A DNA stretch of 64,000 bases from an uncultured delta proteobacterium (GTDB taxonomy: Bacteria > Myxococcota > Myxococcia > Myxococcales > Myxococcaceae): contig CAVYSY010000044.1 in assembly GCA_963771175.1 (NCBI GenBank), forward strand, positions 32,001 to 96,000. The letters are read 5' to 3'. A program made the position numbers and the translations under genes. This document shows positions 63,908 to 64,000 of the stretch, piece after piece. Position 1 is the stretch's first letter. Each line of letters starts with the position of its first letter. Below the pieces are notes generated by a model. That model worked only from the letters and a program-made list of their open reading frames with translations. It did no database searches and was not told the DNA's origin.

Positions 63908-64000
63908 GCCCACCAGCCTACGCGAACCCGACAAAAAGGCCGTTCGAAGAGGCTTCCGTTATGCTCCCCCGACCACTTCACGGAGCCGAACATGAGAATC

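Overview
High-GC myxobacterial (Archangium/Cystobacter-like) chromosomal window with about 55 CDS. I found no rRNA, tRNA or CRISPR array. Housekeeping blocks: mobA/moeA/mobB/fdhD, trxA, pgm, glgC, MocR-ilvE, MoxR-DUF58-transglutaminase, MFS and an inositol monophosphatase family gene. Accessory modules sit between them. (1) At 0.5-7.3 kb an HUH/Y1 REP-associated tyrosine transposase (RAYT) is bracketed by GGTGTCAAAGGATTCG inverted repeats. Further copies of the same GGTGTCA/TGACACC motif, with stuttered flanks, mark junctions between unrelated cargo genes and truncated gene fragments, like a cassette array. A degenerate copy also sits at the left border of a toxin island about 17 kb further on. 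(2) A 2,854-bp large-serine-recombinase element is inserted into an AHH-nuclease toxin gene between two GAGCC cores, and its excision would rejoin the toxin ORF in frame. (3) A tandemly duplicated SitA6/SitI6 toxin-immunity pair shows patchy divergence. (4) A DUF1778/GNAT toxin-antitoxin module is flanked by a perfect 40-bp duplication. (5) Two orphaned antitoxin-type genes split the MoxR operon. (6) A 27-bp palindromic intergenic repeat occurs four times. Many single-base frameshifts in conserved genes suggest sequencing or assembly indels, so pseudogene calls are tentative. Family assignments come from motif recognition, not database searches.
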